A stretch of DNA of 47,707 bases from Clostridia bacterium. GTDB lineage: Bacteria; Bacillota; Clostridia; Christensenellales; DUVY01. Where the stretch lies: positions 1 to 47,707 of the forward strand of contig DATCKP010000124.1 of NCBI GenBank assembly GCA_036562165.1, read 5' to 3'. The notes under the pieces were generated by a model. The model had not been told where the DNA came from and searched no databases. It saw nothing but the letters and a program-made list of their open reading frames with translations. The position numbers were made by a program, and so were the translations under genes. This document shows, one piece after another, positions 1 to 8,057 of the stretch. Numbering within the stretch: the first letter of the stretch is position 1; every line of letters begins with the position of its first letter.

Positions 1-369
1 CCCGTGAATCGCATGAGACAAAAATCTACTGATGAAAAAATCACCAACATTTTTATCTCCGTAGGAATCCCTGCCCATATCAAAGGTTATCATTTCTTAA
101 GAGAAGCTATCAAAATGACCATTGAAAATCCCGAAATTATCAATTCGATAACCAAGAAACTCTATCCTTCTATCGCTAAAAAATTTGACACAAGCTCTTC
201 TAAGGTGGAGAGAGCAATTCGCCATGCTATAGAAGTCGCGTGGAACAGGGGGAAGATAGAAAATATCAACTCGCTTTTTGGCGTCAAAGTTTACAACAGT
301 AACGAAAAGCCCACTAACGGCGAGTTTATAGCTTTAGTCGCCGACAAAATGTTAATCGAAGGGGCTTAG
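1..369 (+). CDS. spo0A: Sporulation master regulator Spo0A, C-terminal DNA-binding domain (5-prime partial; frame open to window edge)
   Basis: Translation [16 protein letters not shown]...[14 protein letters not shown]...[14 protein letters not shown] matches the hallmark Spo0A_C helix-turn-helix region of Bacillus/Clostridium Spo0A. The reading frame is open from base 1, so the receiver domain probably lies upstream of the window. Confidence 0.9.
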   Translation, partial: PVNRMRQKSTDEKITNIFISVGIPAHIKGYHFLREAIKMTIENPEIINSITKKLYPSIAKKFDTSSSKVERAIRHAIEVAWNRGKIENINSLFGVKVYNSNEKPTNGEFIALVADKMLIEGA

Positions 370-515
370 CAAAGAGCGTTTTGAATTTAGTTTAATTGTA
401 TTTATTATATTTATTATTAGGTGATTAAAAAACAACGGCATATTTAAAAACAATGGCATAAAAAATGAAAAACTAGGGCTGAAAATAATTGTATTAGATA
501 GATAAAAAACAAAAA

Positions 516-552
516 GGTAAGCGGGGCAATCCGACGCTTACCTTTAATTTTT
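516..552. terminator. Rho-independent terminator between convergent spo0A and the acidic zinc-ribbon gene
   Basis: Stem GGTAAGCG (516-523) / CGCTTACC (535-542), followed by TTTAATTTTT. An A-run precedes the stem, so it can act on both strands. Confidence 0.7.
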
Positions 553-578
553 ATGTTAGGCTTATATTTAATTAAGTA

Positions 579-1091
579 TTAATAATCTTCGTCGTCTAAA
601 TCGTCGTCTTCGTGTTCGTCTTCATCGTCCAAATCTTCGTCGTCAAGATCCGCGTCGTCAAAGTCTTCGCTTTCTTCTTCGAAGTCGTCGTCAAAGAAAT
701 CATCGTCCTTAAACTCGTCTTCTCGTTCGGACTCGACTTCTTCGTCCAGTTCTTGTTCTTCCAGTTCGCCCAAAGGAATCTCAAGCGGCTCGTCTTCAAT
801 AGGCTCTTCGTCGTCAAGCTTATCCCAATCAAGTTCGTCAGTTTCGGCAGCTTTGCTGCTGTGCTCTTTGGCGCACATAAAGCACATTTCTTCGTCCGGC
901 GCCATATAGTTTATCTTGCACACAGGGCACAACACTTCCAAATCGCTGTCGTCGTCCTCGGGAATAAGTATGCTGGGATCAGCTTTGTTCATTTCCGCAA
1001 GGCAAATAGTGCAGTATTTTTGGTTTTTGCTGGGGATGAAGTAGTTGAGTTCGCATCTAGGGCAGAGAACGTATTCAGGCTTTTTATCCAT
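579..1091 (-). CDS. Hypothetical protein: two CxxC..CxxC zinc ribbons plus ~90-aa poly-Asp/Glu C-terminal tail
   Basis: ORF track gives 579-1154. I move the start to MDKKPEYV (ATG at 1091) because GGAG sits 8 nt upstream and a TTTACA-17-TATAAT promoter lies inside the longer ORF. Motifs: CPRC-N14-CTIC and CPVC-N11-CFMC. By my count 56 of the last 88 residues are D/E. Confidence 0.75.
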   Translation of the reverse strand: MDKKPEYVLCPRCELNYFIPSKNQKYCTICLAEMNKADPSILIPEDDDSDLEVLCPVCKINYMAPDEEMCFMCAKEHSSKAAETDELDWDKLDDEEPIEDEPLEIPLGELEEQELDEEVESEREDEFKDDDFFDDDFEEESEDFDDADLDDEDLDDEDEHEDDDLDDEDY

Positions 1092-1134
1092 TAAAGCGGC
1101 TCCTAAATTTTGTAAATACCGTTTAGTCGCAAAT

Positions 1135-1163
1135 ATTATATTCATAATATTCATAATTGTAAA
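1135..1163 (-). promoter_or_regulatory. Sigma-A type promoter of the acidic zinc-ribbon gene
   Basis: On the minus strand: TTTACA (rc of 1158-1163), 17-nt spacer, TATAAT (rc of 1135-1140), about 45 nt upstream of the ATG at 1091. Confidence 0.5.
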
Positions 1164-1248
1164 CTGTTTTTAAACACTAAAAGCATATTTTATTATGCGA
1201 TTTCGCGATATTATTAAACCTTATTTATTATGTAAAATACTGCCTGCT

Positions 1249-1279
1249 TTAAAAAACCCCGGGCGTTTTACCCGGGGTT
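1249..1279 (-). terminator. Terminator of the two-component/ABC operon
   Basis: Stem AACCCCGGG (1255-1263) / CCCGGGGTT (1271-1279). A U-run follows on the minus strand (rc of the A-run at 1250-1256), 20 nt after the permease stop. Confidence 0.75.
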
Positions 1280-1298
1280 TATTTAGAAGCTTTAAGCG

Positions 1299-3809
1299 TT
1301 AATTTGCGTCTCTTTTTGCAAACGTAAAGTAACATATAAGCCCCATTATAGCCACGTAAACCAGCGTAACCGTAAGCGAGAACCAAAGCGTCAAATCGGC
1401 TATTGCGGGACCAGCGCTGCTCATGTATTGGAACAGGTTGGTGTTATTGAAGATAACGTATTTATACCAGCTGAAGCTGGATAAAAACGCGTCCAAGATA
1501 AAGGAGACAAAGTATACAAGCATAGACGCCGCCGTTGCTCCGCTTCTGGACTTAAACAAAGTGGATATAGTCAAAGCTATTAAAGCAAACACGACGGATT
1601 CTAAAAATCCAAACAAGTGCAAGAAGAACACTACTACGGCGGGGTGCAGGATAAGAGCTCTTTTGCTGTTGAAGATGGAAAGCGCCATGCTGGCGCCCTT
1701 TAATCCCCAGCCGACGCCGCCTATTAAGAAGGTTATCAAAAAGTTAAGCGTAAAAAACCCAAAAATCACCAAGCATATCGTCAAGAATTTAGCCAGTAAC
1801 ACGTTGCCGCGGGTATGGGGTCTTATCAATAATAATTTCATAGTTCCGTCAGAGTGCTCGCCCGCGATAGTTCCCGAAGCCAAAACTATGCCGAAGATCA
1901 TAATTATGACGTCTGTCAAGACAAATATAAATTCCATTGCTCCGTAGCCTTTGCCCAAGGACTCGGGCGCGGAATAATTAGTAGACAAATCGTCGTTTTC
2001 TATCAAGAACTGCGCTTGGGTTATGTAAGAGTTAAGCATATAGCGCGAAGTAAATACAAAGCCTTGAATCTTTCTAGCTTGGCTGTCGTTGAGCCCGTGG
2101 GCTTCGATCGCCGTAAGGAAGTTTGTATTTTTTATCAAAGAATCTAAGGTCTGGCTTCTAGGAGCGAATTCTTTAAAATCTGACTTTAATTCGCCGTAAA
2201 ATTTAGAAAACTCGGCGAAGATTTCTTTTTGCTTTTCTTCGTATTTTACCTTAATACTTTGGACTATGTATTCAGGCAGCGGCATTCTGTCCGAAATCAA
2301 TGCCGCTATAGAGTCTGCCGGCAGGTTATAAAATAATATCTCGGCCGAAGAGTATCTGTTAAGCTTTTCGTTTATAGAATCCATCAACGCTTCCAAACGC
2401 GTCTTTTCTTTGTCGTCAAAATAAGGCTTAAAGTATTCGTTGTATATGTCTTTAGTTATAATAGTAGAGTAGCTTGAGTTAATGACGATTTCAAAAGGCA
2501 GCATAGGGTCTAAGACCAGCTTTTCGTCTTTTACCGAAACGTTGAATTTTTTGATATAAGACTCAAGATCTCTTTGCTCTTGAACTTGCTTGCCGGGGTC
2601 TATAGGGGTAAAGGAATTAGTCGTCAGATATTGATACGCCTTGCGTATCATATATTCGTTATATGCGTAGAAAAGATTGCCCGAATTTAAGATATCGGTT
2701 TCGGCTATCGCCCTTAATCCTTCCAAAAAGTTTTGATAAGTTTGATACGCTTGCTTTAGAGAATCGTAGTTAGGGTCGCCTTTGTTGGGCTCTGCGGGAA
2801 CGTCGTATATAATTTGCTTATCCGGAATGTCAATTGGCTGAGCAGGATAAGGCAAATATTCCGCGATTAAATTAAAGATTAAATTAAACAATTGGGCTTT
2901 AAAAACGCTTAAGTTAAGCTCGTTGAGCTTTTGCTGTTTTATAATGTTGAGCGCGCTTTTAGCTCTGCGCGTAACCGAATTAAGAGCTCCGCTTAAGACC
3001 GAATATTCTTCTGACACGAAGTTTTTTGCGGGCATCAGAAGATAGTTTGTTCCCAAAACGGAAGAACTGGTAAGATAGCTGAAAATGTCAAGCTTTTCGA
3101 AGAAATCATCGGTTGCCGCTATCAGCTCGTTATATTTTTGATTAATTTCTTGCTGGGTTCCGTCGTTTTGCACGTCCAAAAACTGCCAGTATAGCCCGTC
3201 CTTTTCAAAATACTCGTTTTTCTTTCCAAAGAGATTTTCGTAGCTTTGAAATAGATCTTTCATCGACCTATTGATAATATAATCCACAAAAGAAACGTTA
3301 TAATTAGATTGTTTTATGTAATTCAAAATGTCTTTGTTAAGATAATATTTAAACTGATAGTCGTAATATAAAGAGCGGAAATAATCGTAATAAAGCGCTT
3401 CTTGTACATTGGCAAAAGACAGATAATCTTGGAAAACGTCGTTAGCCCCAGAATTTTGCCCTGAGGGGTCTACGGCAAAGTTTCTCAAAACCGCCGGTTC
3501 TACGCCCAAAAGCATAAGCTTAATTTCGGGTTTGTCTTCTAATTGTTTCGCGAAAGATTCTATCTCGTATGTGTCTATCCCGAGATTTTTTAACTCTTCT
3601 ACTTCGCCGTCTATTATGTCAAAAGAATCTGTCGAAATCGTATTGCCAAGAAGCATCTCCAAAGCGTTGGTGACGTTGCGCTCTTGCTCGGCGTATACCC
3701 AAGTCATAAGCAATATAGACGCCAAAAGCAATCCCGTCATCACATACAAGGTATTGCTTTTTATTAGTTTATATAACTCGCCTTTTATCAGTCTGCCTAA
3801 GCTTTTCAT
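1299..3809 (-). CDS. ABC-2 type transporter permease with very large extracytoplasmic domain
   Basis: N-terminal TM (SNTLYVMTGLLLASILLMTWVYA), then ~585 aa with no hydrophobic segment. The C-terminal ~215 aa have about 5 TM segments and the ABC-2 signature GTIAGEHSDGTMKLLLIRPHTRG. ATG at 3809 (MKSLGRL) is preferred over the TTG at 3827 in the ORF track. Confidence 0.85.
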   Translation of the reverse strand: MKSLGRLIKGELYKLIKSNTLYVMTGLLLASILLMTWVYAEQERNVTNALEMLLGNTISTDSFDIIDGEVEELKNLGIDTYEIESFAKQLEDKPEIKLMLLGVEPAVLRNFAVDPSGQNSGANDVFQDYLSFANVQEALYYDYFRSLYYDYQFKYYLNKDILNYIKQSNYNVSFVDYIINRSMKDLFQSYENLFGKKNEYFEKDGLYWQFLDVQNDGTQQEINQKYNELIAATDDFFEKLDIFSYLTSSSVLGTNYLLMPAKNFVSEEYSVLSGALNSVTRRAKSALNIIKQQKLNELNLSVFKAQLFNLIFNLIAEYLPYPAQPIDIPDKQIIYDVPAEPNKGDPNYDSLKQAYQTYQNFLEGLRAIAETDILNSGNLFYAYNEYMIRKAYQYLTTNSFTPIDPGKQVQEQRDLESYIKKFNVSVKDEKLVLDPMLPFEIVINSSYSTIITKDIYNEYFKPYFDDKEKTRLEALMDSINEKLNRYSSAEILFYNLPADSIAALISDRMPLPEYIVQSIKVKYEEKQKEIFAEFSKFYGELKSDFKEFAPRSQTLDSLIKNTNFLTAIEAHGLNDSQARKIQGFVFTSRYMLNSYITQAQFLIENDDLSTNYSAPESLGKGYGAMEFIFVLTDVIIMIFGIVLASGTIAGEHSDGTMKLLLIRPHTRGNVLLAKFLTICLVIFGFFTLNFLITFLIGGVGWGLKGASMALSIFNSKRALILHPAVVVFFLHLFGFLESVVFALIALTISTLFKSRSGATAASMLVYFVSFILDAFLSSFSWYKYVIFNNTNLFQYMSSAGPAIADLTLWFSLTVTLVYVAIMGLICYFTFAKRDAN

Positions 3810-3830
3810 ATTTACATCTATCTCCAAACA

Positions 3831-4883
3831 TTATGAAATTTCGGTTCCGTGCGCGCCGGTAAGCTCTAAGAAAGTCTCTTCCAAAGACTTTTCGCCCAAT
3901 GCCATTGAAGTAACGCCTATGTTATGCTTAGCTAGCTCCAACGATACCAAGGGCAGTTTGTCTTCGGTAATAGAGAAGACTATAAGATTGCTGTTGGTTT
4001 GGACGTCGCATGCGAAGGCGTTTTCCAAAACCTTAACCGCTTTGCTTTTTTGCAAAGGCGAAACGCTGAGCTTTACCTTTAAGATATTGTTTTGCGGACG
4101 CGTCCATTCGTCCACGGTCTTTATGGCAATAAGCTTGCCCTTATATATAATCGCGACTCTGTCGCACATAAGCTGCATTTCGGTCAATATATGGCTGGAA
4201 ATAAACACAGCTATTCCGTATTCGTGAGCAAGCATTTTCAAAAAGTCGCGCATTTCGTGAATGCCCGCAGGGTCTAGACCGTTAGTGGGTTCGTCCAAGA
4301 TAAGCAGTCTGGGATTGTGAAGCAGGCTTTGGGCTATGCCTATGCGCTGACGCATTCCTAATGAATATCTTTTTACTTTTTCGTGAATGCGGTTTTCCAT
4401 TTTGACTAATCTTACTACGTTCATTATTTGCTCGTTGCTGATATTGCCGTAAAGCGACGCGTAGTATTTTAAGTTCTCCCAGCCGGTCATATACTTATAC
4501 ATCTCGGGGTTTTCAATAATGCCGCCTATGCAGGAGACAGCTTTTTTAAATTCTTTTTTTATGGAATGTCCGCATATGTAAGCTTCGCCTTCGGTTATGC
4601 TTGCAAGCCCGGCGATCATTTTGATAGTAGTGGTTTTTCCCGCACCGTTCGGGCCTAAAAATCCGAACACTTCGCCGCTATATACGTCTAACGAAACGTT
4701 ATCCACTGACACTCTTTCGCCGTAGCGTTTGGTAAGGTTTCTTAAGCTTAAGACTACTTCGCCTTTTTTGTATTTGGCTAAATTAATATCTTGTTTTCGC
4801 TCCTTCGCTTTTTCTTCTTTAGGCTCTAGTTCTTGAAGTTCGTCGTCGGGAACAAAAAAAGGTTTTTGAACGGTCAAAGACAT
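3831..4883 (-). CDS. ABC transporter ATP-binding protein (ABC-2 subfamily, with C-terminal accessory domain)
   Basis: Walker A GPNGAGKTT, signature YSLGMRQR, Walker B LLILDEPTNGLD, H-loop ISSHIL. ATG at 4883 (MSLTVQ) follows GGGAG; the ORF-track start at 4901 is a TTG inside the RBS. Confidence 0.9.
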   Translation of the reverse strand: MSLTVQKPFFVPDDELQELEPKEEKAKERKQDINLAKYKKGEVVLSLRNLTKRYGERVSVDNVSLDVYSGEVFGFLGPNGAGKTTTIKMIAGLASITEGEAYICGHSIKKEFKKAVSCIGGIIENPEMYKYMTGWENLKYYASLYGNISNEQIMNVVRLVKMENRIHEKVKRYSLGMRQRIGIAQSLLHNPRLLILDEPTNGLDPAGIHEMRDFLKMLAHEYGIAVFISSHILTEMQLMCDRVAIIYKGKLIAIKTVDEWTRPQNNILKVKLSVSPLQKSKAVKVLENAFACDVQTNSNLIVFSITEDKLPLVSLELAKHNIGVTSMALGEKSLEETFLELTGAHGTEIS

Positions 4884-4927
4884 TTTCTCTAAAACTCCCA
4901 AAGATAATATCGGTCTAATATTTAATG

Positions 4928-4970
4928 ATTATATCACTTATATTTGACAATATTATCAATTATTATCATT
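4928..4970 (-). promoter_or_regulatory. Candidate regulated promoter of the ABC genes: -10 box plus tandem 10-bp direct repeat in place of a -35
   Basis: The minus strand has TGATATAAT (TATAAT = rc of 4928-4933). Exactly adjacent repeats TATTATCAAT (4951-4960) and TATTATCATT (4961-4970) cover about -30 to -49. There is no TTGACA-like -35. The repeats overlap the last codons of the kinase gene. Confidence 0.4.
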
Positions 4971-6434
4971 ACCTTTTTCAAGCGGGATGTCGAAATAAAA
5001 CTCTACGCCGTAAGGCACGTTGTTAGCTCCGCATCTGCCTTTATGCAGATCCATAATAGCCTTGACTATGCTGAGGCCTATTCCGTATCTGCCTTCGCTG
5101 CGGCTTCTTGCCTTGTCGGCTTTATAAAACGCTATCCAGATTTTTTCAAGGTCGTCTTCTTGAATGCTCTGGCCGCTGTTAAACACCGAAACTCTATAAT
5201 AATCCTGCGTGTCCAAGGTCTTGCCCAAGATAACCATTTGCTTGTTTTCGTCTATATGGCTTACGGCGTTGTTAAGGTAATTGCTTATTACTTGCTCAAT
5301 CCTTAACGGATCCGCTTTTACTTGTTTATGCTCTAATATGGTTTCAAGGTGAATCTCTTTTTGGGCAATAATAGTGGAAAATCTATCGGCTGCCCGGCGG
5401 ACTAACTCGTCTATATAAAATTCCTTGGTCTCTATTGAGAAAGTGCCGCTTGTGTATTGTGAAAGATCCAAAAGGTCGTGCACAAGCTTGGTCATTTTGG
5501 CCGTTTCTTCCATTATGACGTCGCAATAATATTCCATTTTTTCGGGCGATTTGGATATAGACGGGGATTTGAGAGCTTCCGCGTAGCCTTGAATGATAGA
5601 CAACGGCGTTTTAAGCTCGTGGCTTACGTCGGAGACGAATTTTTTACGCATTGCTTCCAAGCTCTTTTCCCGCTCGAGTTCTTTGGTGAGCTGTTCGTTT
5701 TTTATTTTGAGCTCTTCCATAGCGACTTTGAGTTTGTCGCTCATTATGTTGATATTTTCAGCTAATTGTCCTAATTCGTCGTATCTGCTTATTTCAAGCT
5801 TATGGTCGAAGTTAAGATTAGTAAGCTCGCGGGTTACGTTGTTCATGCTGACTATTGGTCTGGTAAAATGTTTAGAGAACAAAAACGCCCAAATCAAAGA
5901 CAAGAAAATAGCCGCTATGCTCACAAGCCTTGTAAAATCGTTGGTGACGTCTATGCTTTGGTGAATGGTAGAAAGGTGCGTCCTTATCTCAAGCTTATAT
6001 ATAGAGCGGTCGTAGATGTCGCGCACGTAAGCTAAATAAGAAATATTCTGCTTGTCGCTGCTTTTTATGTAAAAAGTGCCGTGTTCGTCTTTGCCGCTTG
6101 ATTTGCTGGTCAAAGCGGTAAAGTAATCTTCTTTTTGCGAAAGATAAACGACTTTGTCGCCTTTATAAATATAGATGACGTAGTTTTTGATTTCGTATGA
6201 TTTTAAGATATCCAAAAGCTTTGGATTGTCAGGATTTAGGTCTTGGCTGGATATATTGTTTTGTTTGATTTTGTAAACTATGTCTTTTGCGGCGTCCGAA
6301 AGCAAGTCTTTGGAGCGGTCTATTTGGACGGCGGCAAGAAAAATCTGCTCGGCCAAAGCGACAAACACCCCAAAGAGCACCAAGACGATGCCAAAATGCA
6401 AAAACAGCTTTAACCTAAGAGTTTTTATTCTCAA
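4956..6434 (-). CDS. Sensor histidine kinase (two TM, periplasmic-type sensor, HAMP, HisKA, HATPase_c)
   Basis: H-box SHELKTPLS, N-box NYLNNAVSH, G-boxes. TM segments at about residues 10-35 and 170-190. Only a TTG start is available (6434), preceded by AGGG. Confidence 0.9.
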   Translation of the reverse strand: MRIKTLRLKLFLHFGIVLVLFGVFVALAEQIFLAAVQIDRSKDLLSDAAKDIVYKIKQNNISSQDLNPDNPKLLDILKSYEIKNYVIYIYKGDKVVYLSQKEDYFTALTSKSSGKDEHGTFYIKSSDKQNISYLAYVRDIYDRSIYKLEIRTHLSTIHQSIDVTNDFTRLVSIAAIFLSLIWAFLFSKHFTRPIVSMNNVTRELTNLNFDHKLEISRYDELGQLAENINIMSDKLKVAMEELKIKNEQLTKELEREKSLEAMRKKFVSDVSHELKTPLSIIQGYAEALKSPSISKSPEKMEYYCDVIMEETAKMTKLVHDLLDLSQYTSGTFSIETKEFYIDELVRRAADRFSTIIAQKEIHLETILEHKQVKADPLRIEQVISNYLNNAVSHIDENKQMVILGKTLDTQDYYRVSVFNSGQSIQEDDLEKIWIAFYKADKARSRSEGRYGIGLSIVKAIMDLHKGRCGANNVPYGVEFYFDIPLEKGNDNN

Positions 6435-6452
6435 CTCTATTACCCTATAAGA

Positions 6453-7124
6453 TTATATTTCAAATTTATAACCGTATCCTCGAACGGTTTTTATATATTT
6501 GTCGCCGTATTCGCCCAGCTTAATCCTAAGCCTTCCTATATGCGTATCCACTGTGCGATCGCCGCCGTAATAATCATACCCCCAAACTTGAGTAAGAAGC
6601 TTTTCTCTTGTAAACACCTTGCCGTAATTTCGCGCAAGATGCGTCAAAAGCTCGTATTCTATAGGCGTAAGGTCTATTTCTTTGCCGGCTAAAATCACTT
6701 TGTGCTGGTCAATGTCTATTTTTAGGTCCCCGTGTTCTATAACGTTGCCCGAAGCGTTGTCAAGCTCAAGCCTTGCTTTGATTCTGGCAAGCAGCACAGA
6801 AAGCGAAAAAGGCTTGGGGATATAGTCGTTAGCGCCTTTTTCGAAGCTTTCCAGCTCGTCCATTTCTTCGCTTCTTGCTGTCAACATTATAATAGGGACT
6901 TTGGAAGTCTTTCTAATCTCTTGGCAGACTGTCCAGCCGTCTAAATAAGGCATCATTACGTCCAATATTATAAGCTTAATGTCAGGGTCTTTTTTGAATT
7001 TATCAAGGGCGGCTTTGCCGTCTTCGGCTTCCACTACTTCGTAGCCGGCGTCGGTAAGCCAGTCTTTTATCAGCGTTCTTAATCTTTCTTCGTCGTCCGC
7101 TATCATTATTTTAGTTTTTTTCAT
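6453..7124 (-). CDS. OmpR/PhoB-family response regulator
   Basis: Receiver motifs IMIADDE, ILDVMMP and LTA...K, plus a winged-helix C-terminus (TVDTHIGRLRIKL...YIKTVRGYGYKF). The ATG at 7124 (MKKTK) is 6 nt after GGGGAG. Confidence 0.92.
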   Translation of the reverse strand: MKKTKIMIADDEERLRTLIKDWLTDAGYEVVEAEDGKAALDKFKKDPDIKLIILDVMMPYLDGWTVCQEIRKTSKVPIIMLTARSEEMDELESFEKGANDYIPKPFSLSVLLARIKARLELDNASGNVIEHGDLKIDIDQHKVILAGKEIDLTPIEYELLTHLARNYGKVFTREKLLTQVWGYDYYGGDRTVDTHIGRLRIKLGEYGDKYIKTVRGYGYKFEI

Positions 7125-7168
7125 GCTCATCTCCCCAAAAAACAATAAAAATTAGATACGCTAGCTTC

Positions 7169-7251
7169 AAATTATCACAATCGTAATACATTAAGACAAC
7201 TAAATTATCACAATTATGTCACAATGACTTACGCTAAAAGTGTAACACAAT
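7169..7251. promoter_or_regulatory. Repeated boxes in the response-regulator upstream region
   Basis: AAATTATCACAAT occurs identically at 7169-7181 and 7202-7214, 33 bp apart. Related copies are TCACAAT at 7219-7225 and ACACAAT at 7245-7251. They lie 45-125 nt upstream of the regulator start codon. Confidence 0.35.
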
Positions 7252-7363
7252 CTGCAAAATAATGTCAAAGCGGCGTATATCGCGCAAGTTATAATACCAT
7301 AATAAATATCAAGGCTGCGTGAGAAAATTACAAATGTTTTTGAAATTTAACGCCATAAAGCTA

Positions 7364-7391
7364 TTGACAAAATTAGCAATTAATGTATAAT
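7364..7391 (+). promoter_or_regulatory. Sigma-A promoter of hsp20
   Basis: TTGACA (7364-7369), 16-nt spacer, TATAAT (7386-7391). Confidence 0.65.
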
Positions 7392-7395
7392 AGTG

Positions 7396-7422
7396 TTAGC
7401 AATCAAAGGTTGAGAGTGCCAA
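7396..7422 (+). promoter_or_regulatory. CIRCE-like HrcA operator
   Basis: TTAGCAATC-N9-GAGTGCCAA against the consensus TTAGCACTC-N9-GAGTGCTAA (16 of 18 positions). It lies immediately downstream of the -10 box. Confidence 0.7.
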
Positions 7423-7462
7423 TCAGGATATACAGGAATATAATAAAAGGGAGGTATTGTGT

Positions 7463-7879
7463 ATGGGATTTCTTCCTTGGGACAAACGCAATAGAAGAGA
7501 ACTGACTCCTTTTGACTGGTTTGACGATTTCTTTAACGAAGTTAGTCCTTTTAGGTCTTTTGATTCGTTTAGAATGGATGTAAAAGAAACCGACAAAGAG
7601 TATTTGGTAGAAGCCGAATTGCCCGGCGTTGAAAAAGAAGACGTAGAAGTTTCTTTAAACGACGGACAATTGACTATAATGGTAAAACAAACCCAACAAA
7701 ACGAAGAGCAAAACGCTAATTATATAAGAAGAGAAAGACGAGTAGGCGCCATGCAAAGAAGCGTTTATCTTTACAACGCTTCCAACAAAGGCGCTACCGC
7801 CAAATTTAAAAACGGTATCTTGACATTGAGAATCCCTAAAGACGATTCTCAAAAGATTTACAAGATCGATATCGAGTAA
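7463..7879 (+). CDS. Hsp20/alpha-crystallin family small heat-shock protein
   Basis: Alpha-crystallin core (DVKETDKEYLVEAELPGVEKEDVEVSL...GILTLRIPK). The ATG at 7463 is 8 nt after GGGAGG. Confidence 0.9.
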   Translation: MGFLPWDKRNRRELTPFDWFDDFFNEVSPFRSFDSFRMDVKETDKEYLVEAELPGVEKEDVEVSLNDGQLTIMVKQTQQNEEQNANYIRRERRVGAMQRSVYLYNASNKGATAKFKNGILTLRIPKDDSQKIYKIDIE

Positions 7880-7919
7880 GCCAATCCTTGCATATATCAT
7901 AAACTTCCCCCTTTAAAAC

Positions 7920-7968
7920 CCGCGCCTAAACCGCAACCCTACCCTCCTGAAACAAAGGCGCGGTTTTT
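7920..7968 (+). terminator. Terminator after hsp20 (large loop)
   Basis: CCGCGCC (7920-7926) pairs with GGCGCGG (7957-7963), followed by TTTTT. Confidence 0.55.
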
Positions 7969-8057
7969 AAATTATTTTTGTAATTTTTAAAAAGTTTTAA
8001 ATTTATCCAAAACAATTGACCAAAAGCTTATAAAGGCGTAAACTAATTATAGAACGA

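Noticed and set aside
612-1094. 160-aa plus-strand ORF and 78-aa minus-strand ORF overlapping the acidic zinc-ribbon gene.
   Set aside because: They mirror the GA-rich repeats of the acidic tail (Phe/Val/Lys-rich translations). The zinc-ribbon frame has the promoter, RBS and structured motifs.
4951-4970. Tandem 10-bp repeats, and other short repeats such as TAATAT at 46611-46628, considered as CRISPR or minisatellite.
   Set aside because: There are only two or three adjacent units with no spacers, far too short for CRISPR. The 4951-4970 pair is better explained as a regulator binding site, the others as AT-rich promoter DNA.
4988-4994. Spo0A 0A-box TGTCGAA upstream of the ABC promoter. Another copy lies at about 26394-26400 inside sbcC.
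   Set aside because: A 7-mer is expected several times by chance in 47 kb on two strands. One copy is deep inside a coding region, and there is no clustering.
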